Shown here: piece by piece, positions 1-10,292 of the stretch
Layout: every line of letters starts with the position of its first letter
Numbering within the stretch: the first letter of the stretch is position 1
Origin: an uncultured delta proteobacterium
GTDB lineage: Bacteria; Desulfobacterota; Syntrophia; Syntrophales; UBA2192
Assembly (NCBI GenBank): GCA_963705165.1
Contig: CAVPJD010000024.1
Coordinates: forward strand, 64,001-128,000
DNA length: 64,000 nucleotides
Direction: 5' to 3'
Notes under the pieces: generated by a model
Database searches by the model: none
Seen by the model: only the letters and a program-made list of their open reading frames with translations
What the model was told of the DNA's origin: nothing
Position numbers and translations under genes: made by a program

Positions 1-452
1 ACAATCGAGGGGAAGCTGTTGATGTAGGTGTCCGTCGTCATGGTCACGCGCTCGACACTAGGCGGGTCGAAGACGGAGACGAGGCTTGCGACCCTTTCTT
101 TCAGCAGGCCCTTCTCCTTGTCCAGGACCGCCTGGAGGAATCGATTCGGGTCCAGGGACCCCCGCATCAGGATGTCCGCCTCGCCCTTTTTCAGCATGTC
201 TATCGCAAGGGCGAGCGCCCGCATGGCGTCGGGCTCTTCGATGATTTCGATTTCGGAGGCCTTCTTTCCAAGCCCTTTCACCCAGGACGACAAGGCGTCG
301 CTCGAGCCTATAACGATGGGGGAGACCAGGTCTTCCGCCAGGGCGGCGGACAGGGCGCCGAAATCCATCGCGGCCGGGACGGGCGCAACGACGGCCCTCT
401 TTTTGCCTTTTGCCTTTGCCTCTTTACGGATCTGATCGAAGCTCGTCATCAT
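1..452 (-). CDS. phosphate butyryl/acyltransferase family protein (PTA_PTB), runs off left edge
   Basis: Not in ORF track; manual translation MMTSFDQIRKEAKAKKRAVVAP...GEADILMRGSL...TDTYIN; ATGA overlap with the stop of the upstream paralogue. Confidence 0.8.
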   Translation of the reverse strand, partial: MMTSFDQIRKEAKAKGKKRAVVAPVPAAMDFGALSAALAEDLVSPIVIGSSDALSSWVKGLGKKASEIEIIEEPDAMRALALAIDMLKKGEADILMRGSLDPNRFLQAVLDKEKGLLKERVASLVSVFDPPSVERVTMTTDTYINSFPSI

Positions 453-1378
453 GATGCCGTCCCTCCCTTGATCTGCTCGGCCACGGTGACCCCCGCGGCG
501 ATCTCGCCGAGGATGGAGTCCTGGAAATCCGATCGCGAGGGGATGATGACGGGCCCCCGCGAGCTCATGACCAGGGAGCGCCTCCGGACGTTTTTGAGGG
601 CAAAGTCGAGCTTCACGAGGATGTTGCCTGTCGCGAGATTGGGGACTAGCATGATGTGGGGGAAGTCCGCCTTTCCGATGTCGATGCCGGCGAGGCGAAA
701 GGCCTTTTCCCCCGGGCAGAAGATGTCGAGAAAAGAGGTAGCCCCCATCACCTCGCAGGAATCGAGATCGCCCGCAGCGGCCGCTTTTTTCAGCTCGAGG
801 TAGTCCTGGTAGGAAGGGATGTCGCCGCTGATCTCCCTCTTGCCCGAAAGGACGCAGATCTTCGGCCGCCGGTAGCCCAGCAGGTGAAAGAGAAAGACGG
901 CGTTGCGCAGGATCTCGGCCTTGGCGCGGTAATCGGGCGCGATGTTCACGCCCGTGTCGGTGAAGCAGGTCAGGTGGTCGAGGCCTTCGATGTCCCACAT
1001 CGAGATGACGCTGACGACCTTCCCCTTGCCGGCCTTCGATTCTTCCCGGATGATGGCCCGGTAGATGTAGGCCGTCGGGATCTGACCCTTGCCGGCGATG
1101 TCGACCTCGCCGGAGAAAAGCATGGAGATGCCGAGATCGGCGATGGCCTGGCGGCTCTTCTCGTAGATCTTCTCCGTCTTGCTGATGTCGTAGTGCACCT
1201 GGTCGGCCAGCCGCTCCATCTTCTCCCGGTCGCCGATGAGGATGGGCTGTGTGTATCCCTCTTCGGCGCTTTTTTTGACGGCCATCATGAACTCCTCGTC
1301 CTCGGGAGCCAGCACCACGAGCCTCTTCGGCCCTTTTTCGGAGGCCAGCCTGTCCATGTCACGGAAGGAACGGATCAT
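449..1378 (-). CDS. phosphate butyryltransferase-like acyltransferase
   Basis: GEVDIAGKG, TDTGVNIAP, LVPNLATGNILVK, PVIIPSRSD motifs of the Ptb family. Confidence 0.85.
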   Translation of the reverse strand: MIRSFRDMDRLASEKGPKRLVVLAPEDEEFMMAVKKSAEEGYTQPILIGDREKMERLADQVHYDISKTEKIYEKSRQAIADLGISMLFSGEVDIAGKGQIPTAYIYRAIIREESKAGKGKVVSVISMWDIEGLDHLTCFTDTGVNIAPDYRAKAEILRNAVFLFHLLGYRRPKICVLSGKREISGDIPSYQDYLELKKAAAAGDLDSCEVMGATSFLDIFCPGEKAFRLAGIDIGKADFPHIMLVPNLATGNILVKLDFALKNVRRRSLVMSSRGPVIIPSRSDFQDSILGEIAAGVTVAEQIKGGTAS

Positions 1379-1426
1379 CTTGCACCTCTTCAGATTCTGC
1401 CACCCTGTAATGGCGAATGAAAAATA

Positions 1427-1759
1427 TCAGATGTCCCGCAAACGCTCACCCGCCATATAGGCGTCGATGATCGCTGCAAGCCAGATTAGAACAAGGAGGG
1501 CGAGTCCGGCGGTCGTGACGGTATCCAAACTGGCCGCAACTGCCTTCTGTAGGGCACTCATGTCGATTGCGAAACCTTGCGCCGCCGCGGCAGCGATCTC
1601 TCGATAAGCCTGCACGGTCATGTGAATGACAATGTAGACGAAGATCAGGAGCACCGAAAAGATAAGCGCCCAGCCCCGCCTGCGCTTACCCAGATAGAGT
1701 TGGCCCGTCCCGGGGAAAACCAGGCCGGAAAGCAGGGCGGCATTCAGCGATTTTTTCAT
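1427..1759 (-). CDS. small membrane protein (DUF5683/TM2-like)
   Basis: AALLSGLVFPGTGQLYLG N-terminus, hydrophobic helices, AIIDAY C-terminus. Confidence 0.7.
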   Translation of the reverse strand: MKKSLNAALLSGLVFPGTGQLYLGKRRRGWALIFSVLLIFVYIVIHMTVQAYREIAAAAAQGFAIDMSALQKAVAASLDTVTTAGLALLVLIWLAAIIDAYMAGERLRDI

Positions 1760-1800
1760 GATACACTCTACCCATTGAAGAGGGGCATGCGCGTGCAAAG

Positions 1801-1835
1801 AAAAAACCCCGCCTCTTTCCGGGAAGCGGGGTTTT
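1801..1835. terminator. intrinsic terminator after bfr
   Basis: aaaaaaccccgc...gcggggtttt hairpin with T-tract on minus strand. Confidence 0.7.
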
Positions 1836-1863
1836 GAACGTCGTCACTCCAAGGGTACCCGGA

Positions 1864-2331
1864 TCATCCCACCTGGGTGGAGAGGAAGATCTGCAGGCTC
1901 ATCTGCTGGATCTGATCCTGCAGTTCCTCGATCTGGTCGATGTGCCGATCTTCGTCCTTGAGGATCTTCTCGAGGATTTCGCGGGTGGCGTAGTCCTTGA
2001 CCTCTCCGGCGAGGATAATGGCCTCGTTGTAAGACTTGATGGCGCCCATCTCCATGCCGCGATCGCCGGCCAGCTGCTTGGGTACATCGGCTCCGATCAT
2101 CATCTTGTTGTACTTGCTCACCGTGGGGGACCCCTCGAGGAAGAGGATGCGTCCGATGAGCGTCTCGGCGTGCTTCATCTCGTCGATGGCGCGTTTCTCA
2201 AAGGCCTCATGCAGCTTCTTGTAGCCCCAGTTGTTGGCCATCTCGGAGTGGACCATGTACTGATTGATGGCCGTCAGCTCGTCGGCGAGAAGGTCATTCA
2301 GTGTCGCGATCAGCTTGGGATTTCCTTTCAT
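1864..2331 (-). CDS. bfr: bacterioferritin
   Basis: MKGNPKLI..LADELTAINQY, IDEMKHA, ILFLEG, DEDRHID ferroxidase motifs; 155 aa. Confidence 0.95.
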   Translation of the reverse strand: MKGNPKLIATLNDLLADELTAINQYMVHSEMANNWGYKKLHEAFEKRAIDEMKHAETLIGRILFLEGSPTVSKYNKMMIGADVPKQLAGDRGMEMGAIKSYNEAIILAGEVKDYATREILEKILKDEDRHIDQIEELQDQIQQMSLQIFLSTQVG

Positions 2332-2446
2332 ATCTTTCCTCCTTCCTGAAAATGGTTTAAGTGATTATTTTTCCATTATAGACGAAAAAACGCAATCGGG
2401 GGGAAATTATTGGATGACCCGTTTGCCTTCCTTTTATGTCTCCACA

Positions 2447-2462
2447 TGGCATGATGTTTGCT
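2447..2462 (+). promoter_or_regulatory. sigma-54 (-24/-12) promoter
   Basis: TGGCATGATGTTTGCT, exact GG-N10-GC spacing, upstream of a response regulator. Confidence 0.65.
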
Positions 2463-2504
2463 GAAGCACATGCTGATTACTACCCAAACGCGCGGACGAC
2501 TGCC

Positions 2505-2924
2505 ATGGACAATCTCAAAATTTTGATCGCGGAAGACAACAGTTTCAGCCGAAAATTCTATGACAATTACATTTCGGGCAAAGTCTTCGACAAGCGGTTT
2601 GCCGAAAACGGCAGAGATGCACTCGGGATCTATACGGAGTGGCGTCCCGATATCATCCTGCTCGATCTCATGATGCCCGTCATGAGCGGCCAGGAAGTCC
2701 TGCAGCAGATCCGCGAGGCCCGGAAAGATCTTGCGACCACCATCATCATCTCGTCCTTGTCCTCCCACAAGGATGATGTTTCGGTCTGTGCCCACTATGG
2801 GGTGCAGGGATACCTGGTAAAGCCGCTCAACCCCAAAGAGATCAGCAAGATCCTGCTTCAGCTCTACAAGAAGGCAAATCCCAGGAAGGCCGCCGACATC
2901 GTGGCCCTCATGCAATACCTGTAA
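2505..2924 (+). CDS. single-domain response regulator (receiver)
   Basis: ILIAED, PDIILLDLMMPVMSG, YLVKP. Confidence 0.9.
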   Translation: MDNLKILIAEDNSFSRKFYDNYISGKVFDKRFAENGRDALGIYTEWRPDIILLDLMMPVMSGQEVLQQIREARKDLATTIIISSLSSHKDDVSVCAHYGVQGYLVKPLNPKEISKILLQLYKKANPRKAADIVALMQYL

Positions 2925-2929
2925 CCCCC

Positions 2930-4072
2930 CTACACGTTGCCCAGGGTCGCCTCGATCTCTCCCCGTACAGCCCCGTCACTGCCCGCAAAAAAGCGCTCGA
3001 GAGCATCCTTTGCCTGCCTGCCCCCGATGCGGCCCAGCGCCCAGGCGAGCATACCCCTGACCCGCGCGTCGTCGTTCTCATCCCAGGCGCGAACCAGATC
3101 GGGCACATAGGATTCGTCGCGGCTGTTCCCCATGGCACGGGCAACGTTCATCTTCCATTTCCAGAGATTCTTCGGCGACATGTAGAACATGTGCGGCCAG
3201 ACCCGGCTTTGGAACCGGGCGGCGTCCATCTGCAGCAGGGCCCTGAGATCGAAGTCCTTCGCTTTCGCCTCCACGCGGGGATTCACCGGCCGTGCCCGGG
3301 AAAGCCAGGAAAGGTTGCGCGGGCAGACGTTCTGACAGCGGTCGCAGCCATAGACATACAGGCCCATGGGCTCGCGCAGCTCCCTCGGCGTGATCTCCTT
3401 ACCGAAATAAGTCATGAATGAAATGCACTTGCGCGGATCGATCGCCCCGTTTCCCTTGATCGCCTTCGTGGGACAGGCGGCAACGCAGACGTTGCGGCAC
3501 CAGTCGGGGCAGCCCAGGCCGCCGGAGGGAGAATCGGGGGCAAGTTCACGGTCCACCACCACGGTGAGGGGGAGCACCCAGGAGCTCATGAGCGCCGCGC
3601 GGTTAGCATAGAGCAAGGCGTTCTTGCCGAGGGTCCCCATGCCCGCCCGCATCGCAGCCGCTCGGTGTGGAAGATTGAAGGGCACCTTGGAGTCGATCCC
3701 GTTTTCGCGAAGGAAGCTGCGAAACGCCTTGATGCGAAGCGCCAGGCCGTCCTTCGTCACCCTGTCATCGTCGAGGTAACAGCGGCCGAAATGGCCCTCG
3801 AGCGCCGGCGGGAAGGCCTCCCGGAAATAGCTCTCCATGAGAACGATGATGGACTTCGCCGAGGGCATGACGGCCTTCGGGTCCGTGCCGGTCATCAGGC
3901 CGAGCCCCACCTTCTCCGTCCAGCCATATTCCTCCTGGTGATTCCGAAGGTATTCGAGCTGGGCGCCGAAGGGCTCCGCCGTCGTAAACCCCACGTCCTC
4001 GAAGCCGAGCTCCAGGGCTTTCTCGATGAGGTTGCTTCTCGTCAGCAATGACGTGTCCTTCCATTCGAACAT
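2930..4072 (-). CDS. epoxyqueuosine reductase (QueG)-like Fe-S protein with C-terminal HEAT repeat
   Basis: CPDWCRNVCVAACPT and YGCDRCQNVCP cluster motifs, GMGTLGKN, AWALGRIG. Confidence 0.75.
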   Translation of the reverse strand: MFEWKDTSLLTRSNLIEKALELGFEDVGFTTAEPFGAQLEYLRNHQEEYGWTEKVGLGLMTGTDPKAVMPSAKSIIVLMESYFREAFPPALEGHFGRCYLDDDRVTKDGLALRIKAFRSFLRENGIDSKVPFNLPHRAAAMRAGMGTLGKNALLYANRAALMSSWVLPLTVVVDRELAPDSPSGGLGCPDWCRNVCVAACPTKAIKGNGAIDPRKCISFMTYFGKEITPRELREPMGLYVYGCDRCQNVCPRNLSWLSRARPVNPRVEAKAKDFDLRALLQMDAARFQSRVWPHMFYMSPKNLWKWKMNVARAMGNSRDESYVPDLVRAWDENDDARVRGMLAWALGRIGGRQAKDALERFFAGSDGAVRGEIEATLGNV

Positions 4073-4112
4073 TGATGGTTGCTACGGACCGGAAGTGAAG
4101 ACGACCCGGCAC

Positions 4113-4550
4113 TCATCGCGCCAAGGCCATCATCGTCGTCTGCATGACCGCAACGAGCGTCTCCTTGCCGTTGTCGTACGCCCAGACCTCGCCCGAGCAG
4201 ACCGCGAGTGTCCGCCCCGCCTTGATCACCTTCCCGATCGCAACAAACCGCTCTCCCTTGGCCGGTGCCAGGAAATTGATCTTGTTTTCCACCCCGAGCA
4301 CCTCGGAGCCCGCCGGCATGAGGGTGTAGGCGGCATACCCGCAGGCGTTGTCGGCAATCGTGCTCAGGATTCCCGCGTGGATGAACCCGTGCTGTTGGGT
4401 GACGGCCTCGCTCCAGGGAAGCTCGATCCGGACCTCCCCGGGGTCAACCTTCAGCAGGCGCGCGGCGATGGTCTTCATGAGCCCCTGCTGGGCAAAACTG
4501 GACCGGATGCGGGATTCAAATTCGGGATCGGGCGGGCTCGCTTTCTTCAT
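4113..4550 (-). CDS. PaaI family thioesterase
   Basis: QQHGFIHAGILSTIADNACG hotdog motif. Confidence 0.9.
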   Translation of the reverse strand: MKKASPPDPEFESRIRSSFAQQGLMKTIAARLLKVDPGEVRIELPWSEAVTQQHGFIHAGILSTIADNACGYAAYTLMPAGSEVLGVENKINFLAPAKGERFVAIGKVIKAGRTLAVCSGEVWAYDNGKETLVAVMQTTMMALAR

Positions 4551-4583
4551 GCATGCATCTCCCTGCGCAATGGCGTGTCCCAC

Positions 4584-5210
4584 TTATCGGTTGAGCGACT
4601 TCATGTCGGGTTTCGGCGGACGGACAAACCCCCCAGAGTTGTGCGATACCAGTTCGAGAATCTGCGGGTTGGCCAGGGTGCATCCCGGGCAGTCATAATT
4701 TGCCGCCTTCACGATGCCAAAGCCGGGCTTGACCCAGGTGCGCATGTAGAGCTTCTGCTGCGGCCTCACCTGCTCCTCCCGGAACTTCAGGCAGCCTGTA
4801 TACTTCCCGGCAGGAACCGTCACCGTCTCGATCGCCTCGATTGTCGTCCGGACGGTCCGACCGTCACGCCTCTTCTGGTCCCAGGAGATCCCCGCGGGCC
4901 CCTCCATGAGCATCCGGGTCTCCACCCCGTCGCCATCGTATCGAAAGACCTCGTTGCCGACAGATCGGAGGAGGCTGACCTCTTCGTGAGGTCCCGAGGG
5001 ATTGAAGAGCACGAGGACATGGTAGCTCTTGCCGTTTGCAATCGAGCGCACGGGGCTGTTGACCGTGAATTCTCCCTTCGCGGCCTGATTGCTCACCGAG
5101 AAGGTGTAAACATCGCCAGGCTTCATGGGAAAGAAGGTGTCCGCGGCGGCAGGCGCGGACAGGACGGTCCATGCGAGGATGATGATGCATGCGGCCACGA
5201 GCTTCTTCAT
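4584..5210 (-). CDS. secreted hypothetical protein
   Basis: Signal peptide MKKLVAACIIILAW; FFPMKPG, ETVTVPAGKY and WVKPGFGIVK motifs; RBS ggaggg. Confidence 0.7.
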   Translation of the reverse strand: MKKLVAACIIILAWTVLSAPAAADTFFPMKPGDVYTFSVSNQAAKGEFTVNSPVRSIANGKSYHVLVLFNPSGPHEEVSLLRSVGNEVFRYDGDGVETRMLMEGPAGISWDQKRRDGRTVRTTIEAIETVTVPAGKYTGCLKFREEQVRPQQKLYMRTWVKPGFGIVKAANYDCPGCTLANPQILELVSHNSGGFVRPPKPDMKSLNR

Positions 5211-5259
5211 AGGTCCCTCCTGTGCAATCACACGGCTCTCGTCAAGCTGTTGAATTCCA

Positions 5260-6516
5260 TCACTGACCCCATCGGATGCTGTCGAACATCTTGTCCGTGC
5301 GGAGCTTCTGGCTCCTCAGCAGCTCCTTCCAGCGCAGATCGATGATGGCCCGGAAGGGCGATGATTCATGAAAGTTCGCCCCGGCAAGATTGGCGCCCCT
5401 GAAGTTGGTGCCCCGGATTTCCGACTCCATGAGATTCGCACCCTCGAGATTGGCTTCCACCAGGATGGCGTTGTGGACCTCCGCCCGGGTGAGATTGGCG
5501 GCTCGCAGATCCGCCCTGCCGAGCTGCGCATTCTGCAGATGCGCCGCTGTGAGGTCGGCGCCCCGGAACTGCCCATCGCTGAAATCGGCTTCCTGGCAGT
5601 ACGCATTGGCGAGTCCCGCGTTGTTGAATACTGCCCGGGGGCCTTTTGCCTTTTTCATGTTCGCGCCTTCCAGCCTCGCGCCGGTGAAGTCCGCTCGGGT
5701 CATGTCGGCACCCTCCAGGTTTGCATACTCGAGCTGAGCCTGCCTGAGCGTCGCCTCGCTGAGGTTGGCCCCGGCGAAGTCCGCCCGACGCCCGTATCGG
5801 TCGCCTTTGAGGTTTGCAGAATCGAGTCTGGCGTAACGCAGATTTGCCGAGGTGAATCTCACAGACAGGGCCTCGACATTCCTGAGGATGGCCCGTTCCA
5901 GGTTGGCGCCGGTCAGGTTCGACTCGTTGAGGTACGATCCTTCGAGATCGGTCCTCGAGAGATCCGCGCCCTTGAGATTCGCGCTTGACACGCGGGCACC
6001 GCGGAGATTGGCCCCGTCGAGCCTGGCGCCCTCGAGATTGGAACTGGACAGGGATGCGCCGGCCAGGTTCGCCCGCGAGAGTGTCGCGCCCTGCAGATTT
6101 GCACCGTCAAACCTCGCGCCGCCGAGATCTGCGCCGGAGAGGTTCGCCCCTTTCAGATCGGCCCCGGCCAGGAAGACCTTCTTCAGGTCGGCCCCGCAGA
6201 GCCGGGCCCCGGCCAGATTTTTGTCCTGCTTTTTCGCGCGCCCGTAGGCCGCCTCGTCGAAGCAGTCGACTTTGCGGACTCCCTGCCCTGGAGCCGCCGG
6301 CCTGACCTGAGAATCCTGACCGGTCTTTGCCTTGGGGACAGCGACCGTCGAGGCCGGCTTGTCGATTTTAGGGCCGAGGGGCTGAGTGCCTTGAGCCGCC
6401 GACAACCCCGGGCCCGTGAAGAACGAAAGCACAAGAAACGCGACAAAAGCGTGCAAAGGAGTCACTCTGAGATACCTCCTTGAATAGGGTTGTGCCTTTA
6501 TAGCACCTTGCGTCAA
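5260..6516 (-). CDS. secreted pentapeptide repeat protein
   Basis: About 280 aa of A(D/N)LxG repeats after a signal-like segment; start uncertain. Confidence 0.9.
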   Translation of the reverse strand: MTQGAIKAQPYSRRYLRVTPLHAFVAFLVLSFFTGPGLSAAQGTQPLGPKIDKPASTVAVPKAKTGQDSQVRPAAPGQGVRKVDCFDEAAYGRAKKQDKNLAGARLCGADLKKVFLAGADLKGANLSGADLGGARFDGANLQGATLSRANLAGASLSSSNLEGARLDGANLRGARVSSANLKGADLSRTDLEGSYLNESNLTGANLERAILRNVEALSVRFTSANLRYARLDSANLKGDRYGRRADFAGANLSEATLRQAQLEYANLEGADMTRADFTGARLEGANMKKAKGPRAVFNNAGLANAYCQEADFSDGQFRGADLTAAHLQNAQLGRADLRAANLTRAEVHNAILVEANLEGANLMESEIRGTNFRGANLAGANFHESSPFRAIIDLRWKELLRSQKLRTDKMFDSIRWGQ

Positions 6517-6564
6517 AATGATAAATCCTCTTTCTGCCCTTTCGAACCGGACGGACGCCGGACA

Positions 6565-8075
6565 TCACCGGATGTGGCGCTCCCAGAGGGCTCTCGAGTC
6601 AACGGGCTGCATCTGCTCGTTGTACCTGGGGTTCTTCCCCTCGAAGTGGACGTAGTCGTAGGGCTTGCCTTCCCGGTACTCGCCCGTGGCCGTGTTCTTC
6701 GTGCCCCAGCTGTCGCTCCGGTAGACGGCGCCTCCCTCCATGGAGGAGATCCAGTCCTGCTGGCCCCGGATGTAGCTTGTCCGCTGGTAGTCGATGTAGT
6801 CCATGCTTTTCTGCCTCTCGTCGTAGGCGGCCTGCATCATCTGGCGGATCTCCTGGGCGTTGCGGGTCACCATGGCCGAGGTCTGCTGCTGCATCTCGCG
6901 AAGCCTGCGGGCGCCCTGGGCGGCGTAGTCCGACGCCCAGCGCTCGTTGATCTTGTAGGAGCCAGCATGGCGGCGAAATTGCCGGCCCAGGGGCCGAAGC
7001 GATCCGCCGGGGCCGTCACGGTCAGGTGCCGAAAGCTCCAGTTGGTCCCGAGACGCGAGCCGAAGGAGATCCCGAAGGTGTATCCCCGGGTCGCCTTTCC
7101 CTCCTTGTTCGTGAAGGTGTAGATGAGCTCCTCGACGGTGACGGGCCCCGCCGTGTAGACCTGCCCCATCTGCCGGGCCATGTCGGAGCGCGGGATCACC
7201 TTCTCGTAACGCATATTCGAGGCAAGCCCGTAGCGCGCCGTGATGAACTGCCAGGCCTGGCCGGGGGCGAGGTACGGCGAGACAAGGATGCCGGGCTGGT
7301 TGACCCGCATCTGCGGAGTGAGCAGGTCGACGTTGCCCGAGATGAACGAGTAGCCGCCGGGATCCCCTGCAACAAAGGTCCCCTTGCCAAGGTCCTGGCA
7401 CTGCCAGCCCTGCGGTATCACGAAGGAGGCCGAGCCATCCCTCAGGCGGTAGGGAACCAGCTGCACCCGGACGGGGGCTGCCGCAGCCTGGGGGGCAGCG
7501 GCGCCCTTCATGACGCGGATGTTGGAAAGGACCGTGAGAAGCGTGGGCTTCATCGCCGAGAGCTGCCCTGCCGGCGCCTCGATGCGGGCACAGGCGGATT
7601 GGCCCCCCTGCAGGGACACCCACGAGCGGAACTCGGTCTTGCCCCGCTTCGGAGGCGTGTAAGTTCCGTCGAAGGCGAGCGACGATCCGTCACGGGACGC
7701 GAAGGCGCTCCGGATCTCCAGGTCCGGGGCTGCACGGCCGAGCTTGGCGGCCTCGCGCTTCGCCAGGGCCGTCACGTTTTCGCCCTGCGAAGCCGCCCCG
7801 GTCGAGAAGAACACGAAAGAACGCCCCGAGGGGTCCGAGGCGGTGACCTGGAGGGCCTGCCCGTCCGTTGACTCCTGCGCCTTCCACCCATTGGGAACGT
7901 AGAGGACGAAAGAGGCCTGCTGCGTGACGATCTTCTGCATTCCCGAGCCGGCGGGGGTCGCAGCCCGGGCGCCCTTGCCCGCCTGGGCGAAGCAGAGGCC
8001 GTACAAAAGCGTTAACACGAGCGTGGCGATGGCGGTGATACACAGCGTACGGGTTGGGTTTGTACGGATGCTCAT
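6565..8075 (-). pseudogene. secreted hypothetical protein split by a 1-nt frameshift near 6960
   Basis: ...NFAAML in one frame continues as SYKINERWASDY...WERHIR in another (atg ctg gc tcc tac). Confidence 0.7.
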
Positions 8076-8271
8076 GGCTGGCCTCCTTTCGACACCGATC
8101 TCAATGGACTATCCCAAATCAATTCACCCCTCTTAACTGCGGGAAAGAAAAGCGAATCGGAACCACTGTGCCATTGTGGCACAATCCGGGGCCATTCGAT
8201 AATGGCCCCCCGGGGCTCTCATGGCGAGCCAACCATCGGGAATAAAAGCAGCTTTGTCAACTCCGGCCCTG

Positions 8272-8287
8272 CGGCACGGCTGATGCT
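8272..8287 (+). promoter_or_regulatory. sigma-54 promoter candidate
   Basis: CGGCACGGCTGATGCT with correct spacing, upstream of the 8360 CDS. Confidence 0.5.
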
Positions 8288-8359
8288 CATCCCGGAGACC
8301 AGGAAGAACAAGGTCAATCCAAAGGATCTTTGAACTCGCAAAAAAGAGAGGATTGCAAA

Positions 8360-8722
8360 ATGAAAATGCTCAAGATTCTCTTCGTCCTGTTTTGCCTCCT
8401 GGCTTACGCGTGGACATTCAGCCGACCAGTGCAGGCCCAGGTTTTTCAACCCCTGTACGCTTCACACCCGACGGGCGCAGCCGGTGAGGACACGCGACCT
8501 TTCAAGGCGCTGGTCGAGAGGACCAGTCCGCTCTTCGCCGACAGGCAGATGACTTTGAAGATCACCGATGTCCCCGCGGGCCAGCAGGTCACGGTCCTGG
8601 AGAAATACACCACGAATCGGAGCGATCGACTCCTGGTCCTGCTGGTGGCCTATGCCGACAAGGACGGAAGGGAACGCACGGGCTGGTTCTGCGGCACCCT
8701 GCATGTCCACTATCCCCATTAG
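8360..8722 (+). CDS. secreted hypothetical protein (possibly SH3-like)
   Basis: Signal peptide ending VQA-Q; RBS gagga; C-terminal RTGW. Confidence 0.6.
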   Translation: MKMLKILFVLFCLLAYAWTFSRPVQAQVFQPLYASHPTGAAGEDTRPFKALVERTSPLFADRQMTLKITDVPAGQQVTVLEKYTTNRSDRLLVLLVAYADKDGRERTGWFCGTLHVHYPH

Positions 8723-8827
8723 ACTTTCGGAGGGCCCGGGGCAGGCATTTCCCCAGTATCGCCCAGTCAGCCTCGGGCCCTCGCCTCCTCGCCAGTCGGA
8801 AAGTATTCCACGGCCGCTTTTCTGGCC

Positions 8828-9316
8828 TCAGCGCGACGTGTAAAACATGAAGGTCACGAGGAAAGGCAGGTGGGAAAATTCCCTGTTTTCCGTCTCGACA
8901 AAGCCAAGTCCCCGGTACCAGTCCTTCAGCTCGGCCTGATCCGCGATGACCCCAATACCGACGCGGTGGCAGCCAAGCGCCCCTGCCTCCGACAGCACGT
9001 GTGAAACCAGGGCTTTGCCAAATCCGCGCTTTCTTTGATCCGGGAGCACCGCGAGGCGCTCCAGGTAGCAGACTTCCGGCTTGGCCCGCTCGAGAGCCAC
9101 GCTTCCGACAGCGCGGCCCTCGCTTTCCAGAACGAAATAGGTGACGCCGCGGTCCATGTCCTTCTCGATCCAGTCGGCCGTGCAGTTGGACGCGTGCCGG
9201 GGGCAATTCTCCTCGGTCAGGCCGAAGCGCTCGGCCACTCCCCTGAAGGAGCCGCGGATCGTCTCTGCCAGGATGCCGACGTCCTCGCGGGTGCAGGTGC
9301 GGATCTGATAATTCAC
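8828..9316 (-). CDS. GNAT family N-acetyltransferase
   Basis: LAVLPDQRKRGFGKAL acetyl-CoA motif; WYRGLGF. Confidence 0.9.
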   Translation of the reverse strand: MNYQIRTCTREDVGILAETIRGSFRGVAERFGLTEENCPRHASNCTADWIEKDMDRGVTYFVLESEGRAVGSVALERAKPEVCYLERLAVLPDQRKRGFGKALVSHVLSEAGALGCHRVGIGVIADQAELKDWYRGLGFVETENREFSHLPFLVTFMFYTSR

Positions 9317-9385
9317 GCTGAGTCTCTTATCCGGCGGATTTCGATATTTAATCCCTCTTCTCCGCCCGGGAATCGTCCCTTCAGC

Positions 9386-9742
9386 CTATCCCAGCCAGGT
9401 CCGGGCCTTGCTTTCCTCGCCCGACGGAAAGAATTCAACGGCCGCCTTCCGGTGGCCCGCTGCGAGGAACGCGAGAAACGGATCCCGCCACTTCTCGTCG
9501 GCGACGACGGCGATCTTCTCCATGTAGGGGTCGTACTCGAGCATGAAGCGGATATCCCCCCAATCGCCCTCCTTGCCCCAGCCGGCGAAACCGTCGGCGA
9601 GAATCAGGATCTTGATCTTCGAGCTGCGATCGATCTCCGCCCGGCCGGCCGCTTCCATCGCCTTCCGATCCTGATTCGTGAACACACCCGATATCCGGAG
9701 GATGTAAAGCCCCGATGGCTCTCTGTCCCCTGATACGCCCAT
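9386..9742 (-). CDS. STAS/SEC14 (SpoIIAA-like) domain protein
   Basis: FAGW, KIAVVADEKW, EFFP..E..ARTWL. Confidence 0.8.
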   Translation of the reverse strand: MGVSGDREPSGLYILRISGVFTNQDRKAMEAAGRAEIDRSSKIKILILADGFAGWGKEGDWGDIRFMLEYDPYMEKIAVVADEKWRDPFLAFLAAGHRKAAVEFFPSGEESKARTWLG

Positions 9743-9776
9743 ATCCTTCTCCTTTCGGCCGGATGCCCGGCAGATA

Positions 9777-9884
9777 TGAAGCCACCGCAAACAGAGCGGG
9801 GCTTCCCGGTAAGAAAGAGCCAAACATGATTGCGCACCCTACCCCCGCCCACAAGGCGGGGCCTGCGGGATGCGCCCCCGGTCA
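9777..9884 (+). repeat. ~108-bp two-hairpin interspersed element, copy 1
   Basis: Near-identical to 60288-60396. Confidence 0.85.
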
Positions 9885-10211
9885 ATCCACGATGAACAGC
9901 TTCGCGCCTCCGGCGGTGAACGAGCGATGGGCCTCCGCGTTGTCGGCCACCTGGTAGCTCATGCCGGGCGTGAGAACGGACATGCGGCCGTCGGCCAGCT
10001 CGGTGTGCAGCTCCCCCTCCAGGCAAAACAGAATGTGCCCTTTGCTGCACCAGTGATCGGCGAGATAGCCCGGCGAATACTCGACCATGCGCACGCGAAT
10101 ACTGCCAAAGTTCCGGGTTCGCCAATAGGCAACCCCGGTCTCGCCCTTGTGCTCCGTAACCTCCACGGACGACCAGTCGGTCGTCCCGAAGGGAATATCT
10201 GTCATCTGCAT
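9882..10211 (-). CDS. DHCW motif cupin fold protein
   Basis: YLADHWCSKGH motif. Confidence 0.92.
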   Translation of the reverse strand: MQMTDIPFGTTDWSSVEVTEHKGETGVAYWRTRNFGSIRVRMVEYSPGYLADHWCSKGHILFCLEGELHTELADGRMSVLTPGMSYQVADNAEAHRSFTAGGAKLFIVD

Positions 10212-10292
10212 GAGCGTGTCTCCATTTAAGCCCCGGTCACTGACAAAGGGTCGAGATTGGGTCGCTTTACTCCCTGACCCCTGCGCCTTTCG

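Noticed and set aside
2930..4072. Reductive dehalogenase
   Set aside because: No Tat signal or RdhB anchor; size and HEAT tail fit QueG-like proteins
5400..6220. 15-bp periodic DNA repeat region
   Set aside because: Fully explained by the pentapeptide-repeat coding sequence
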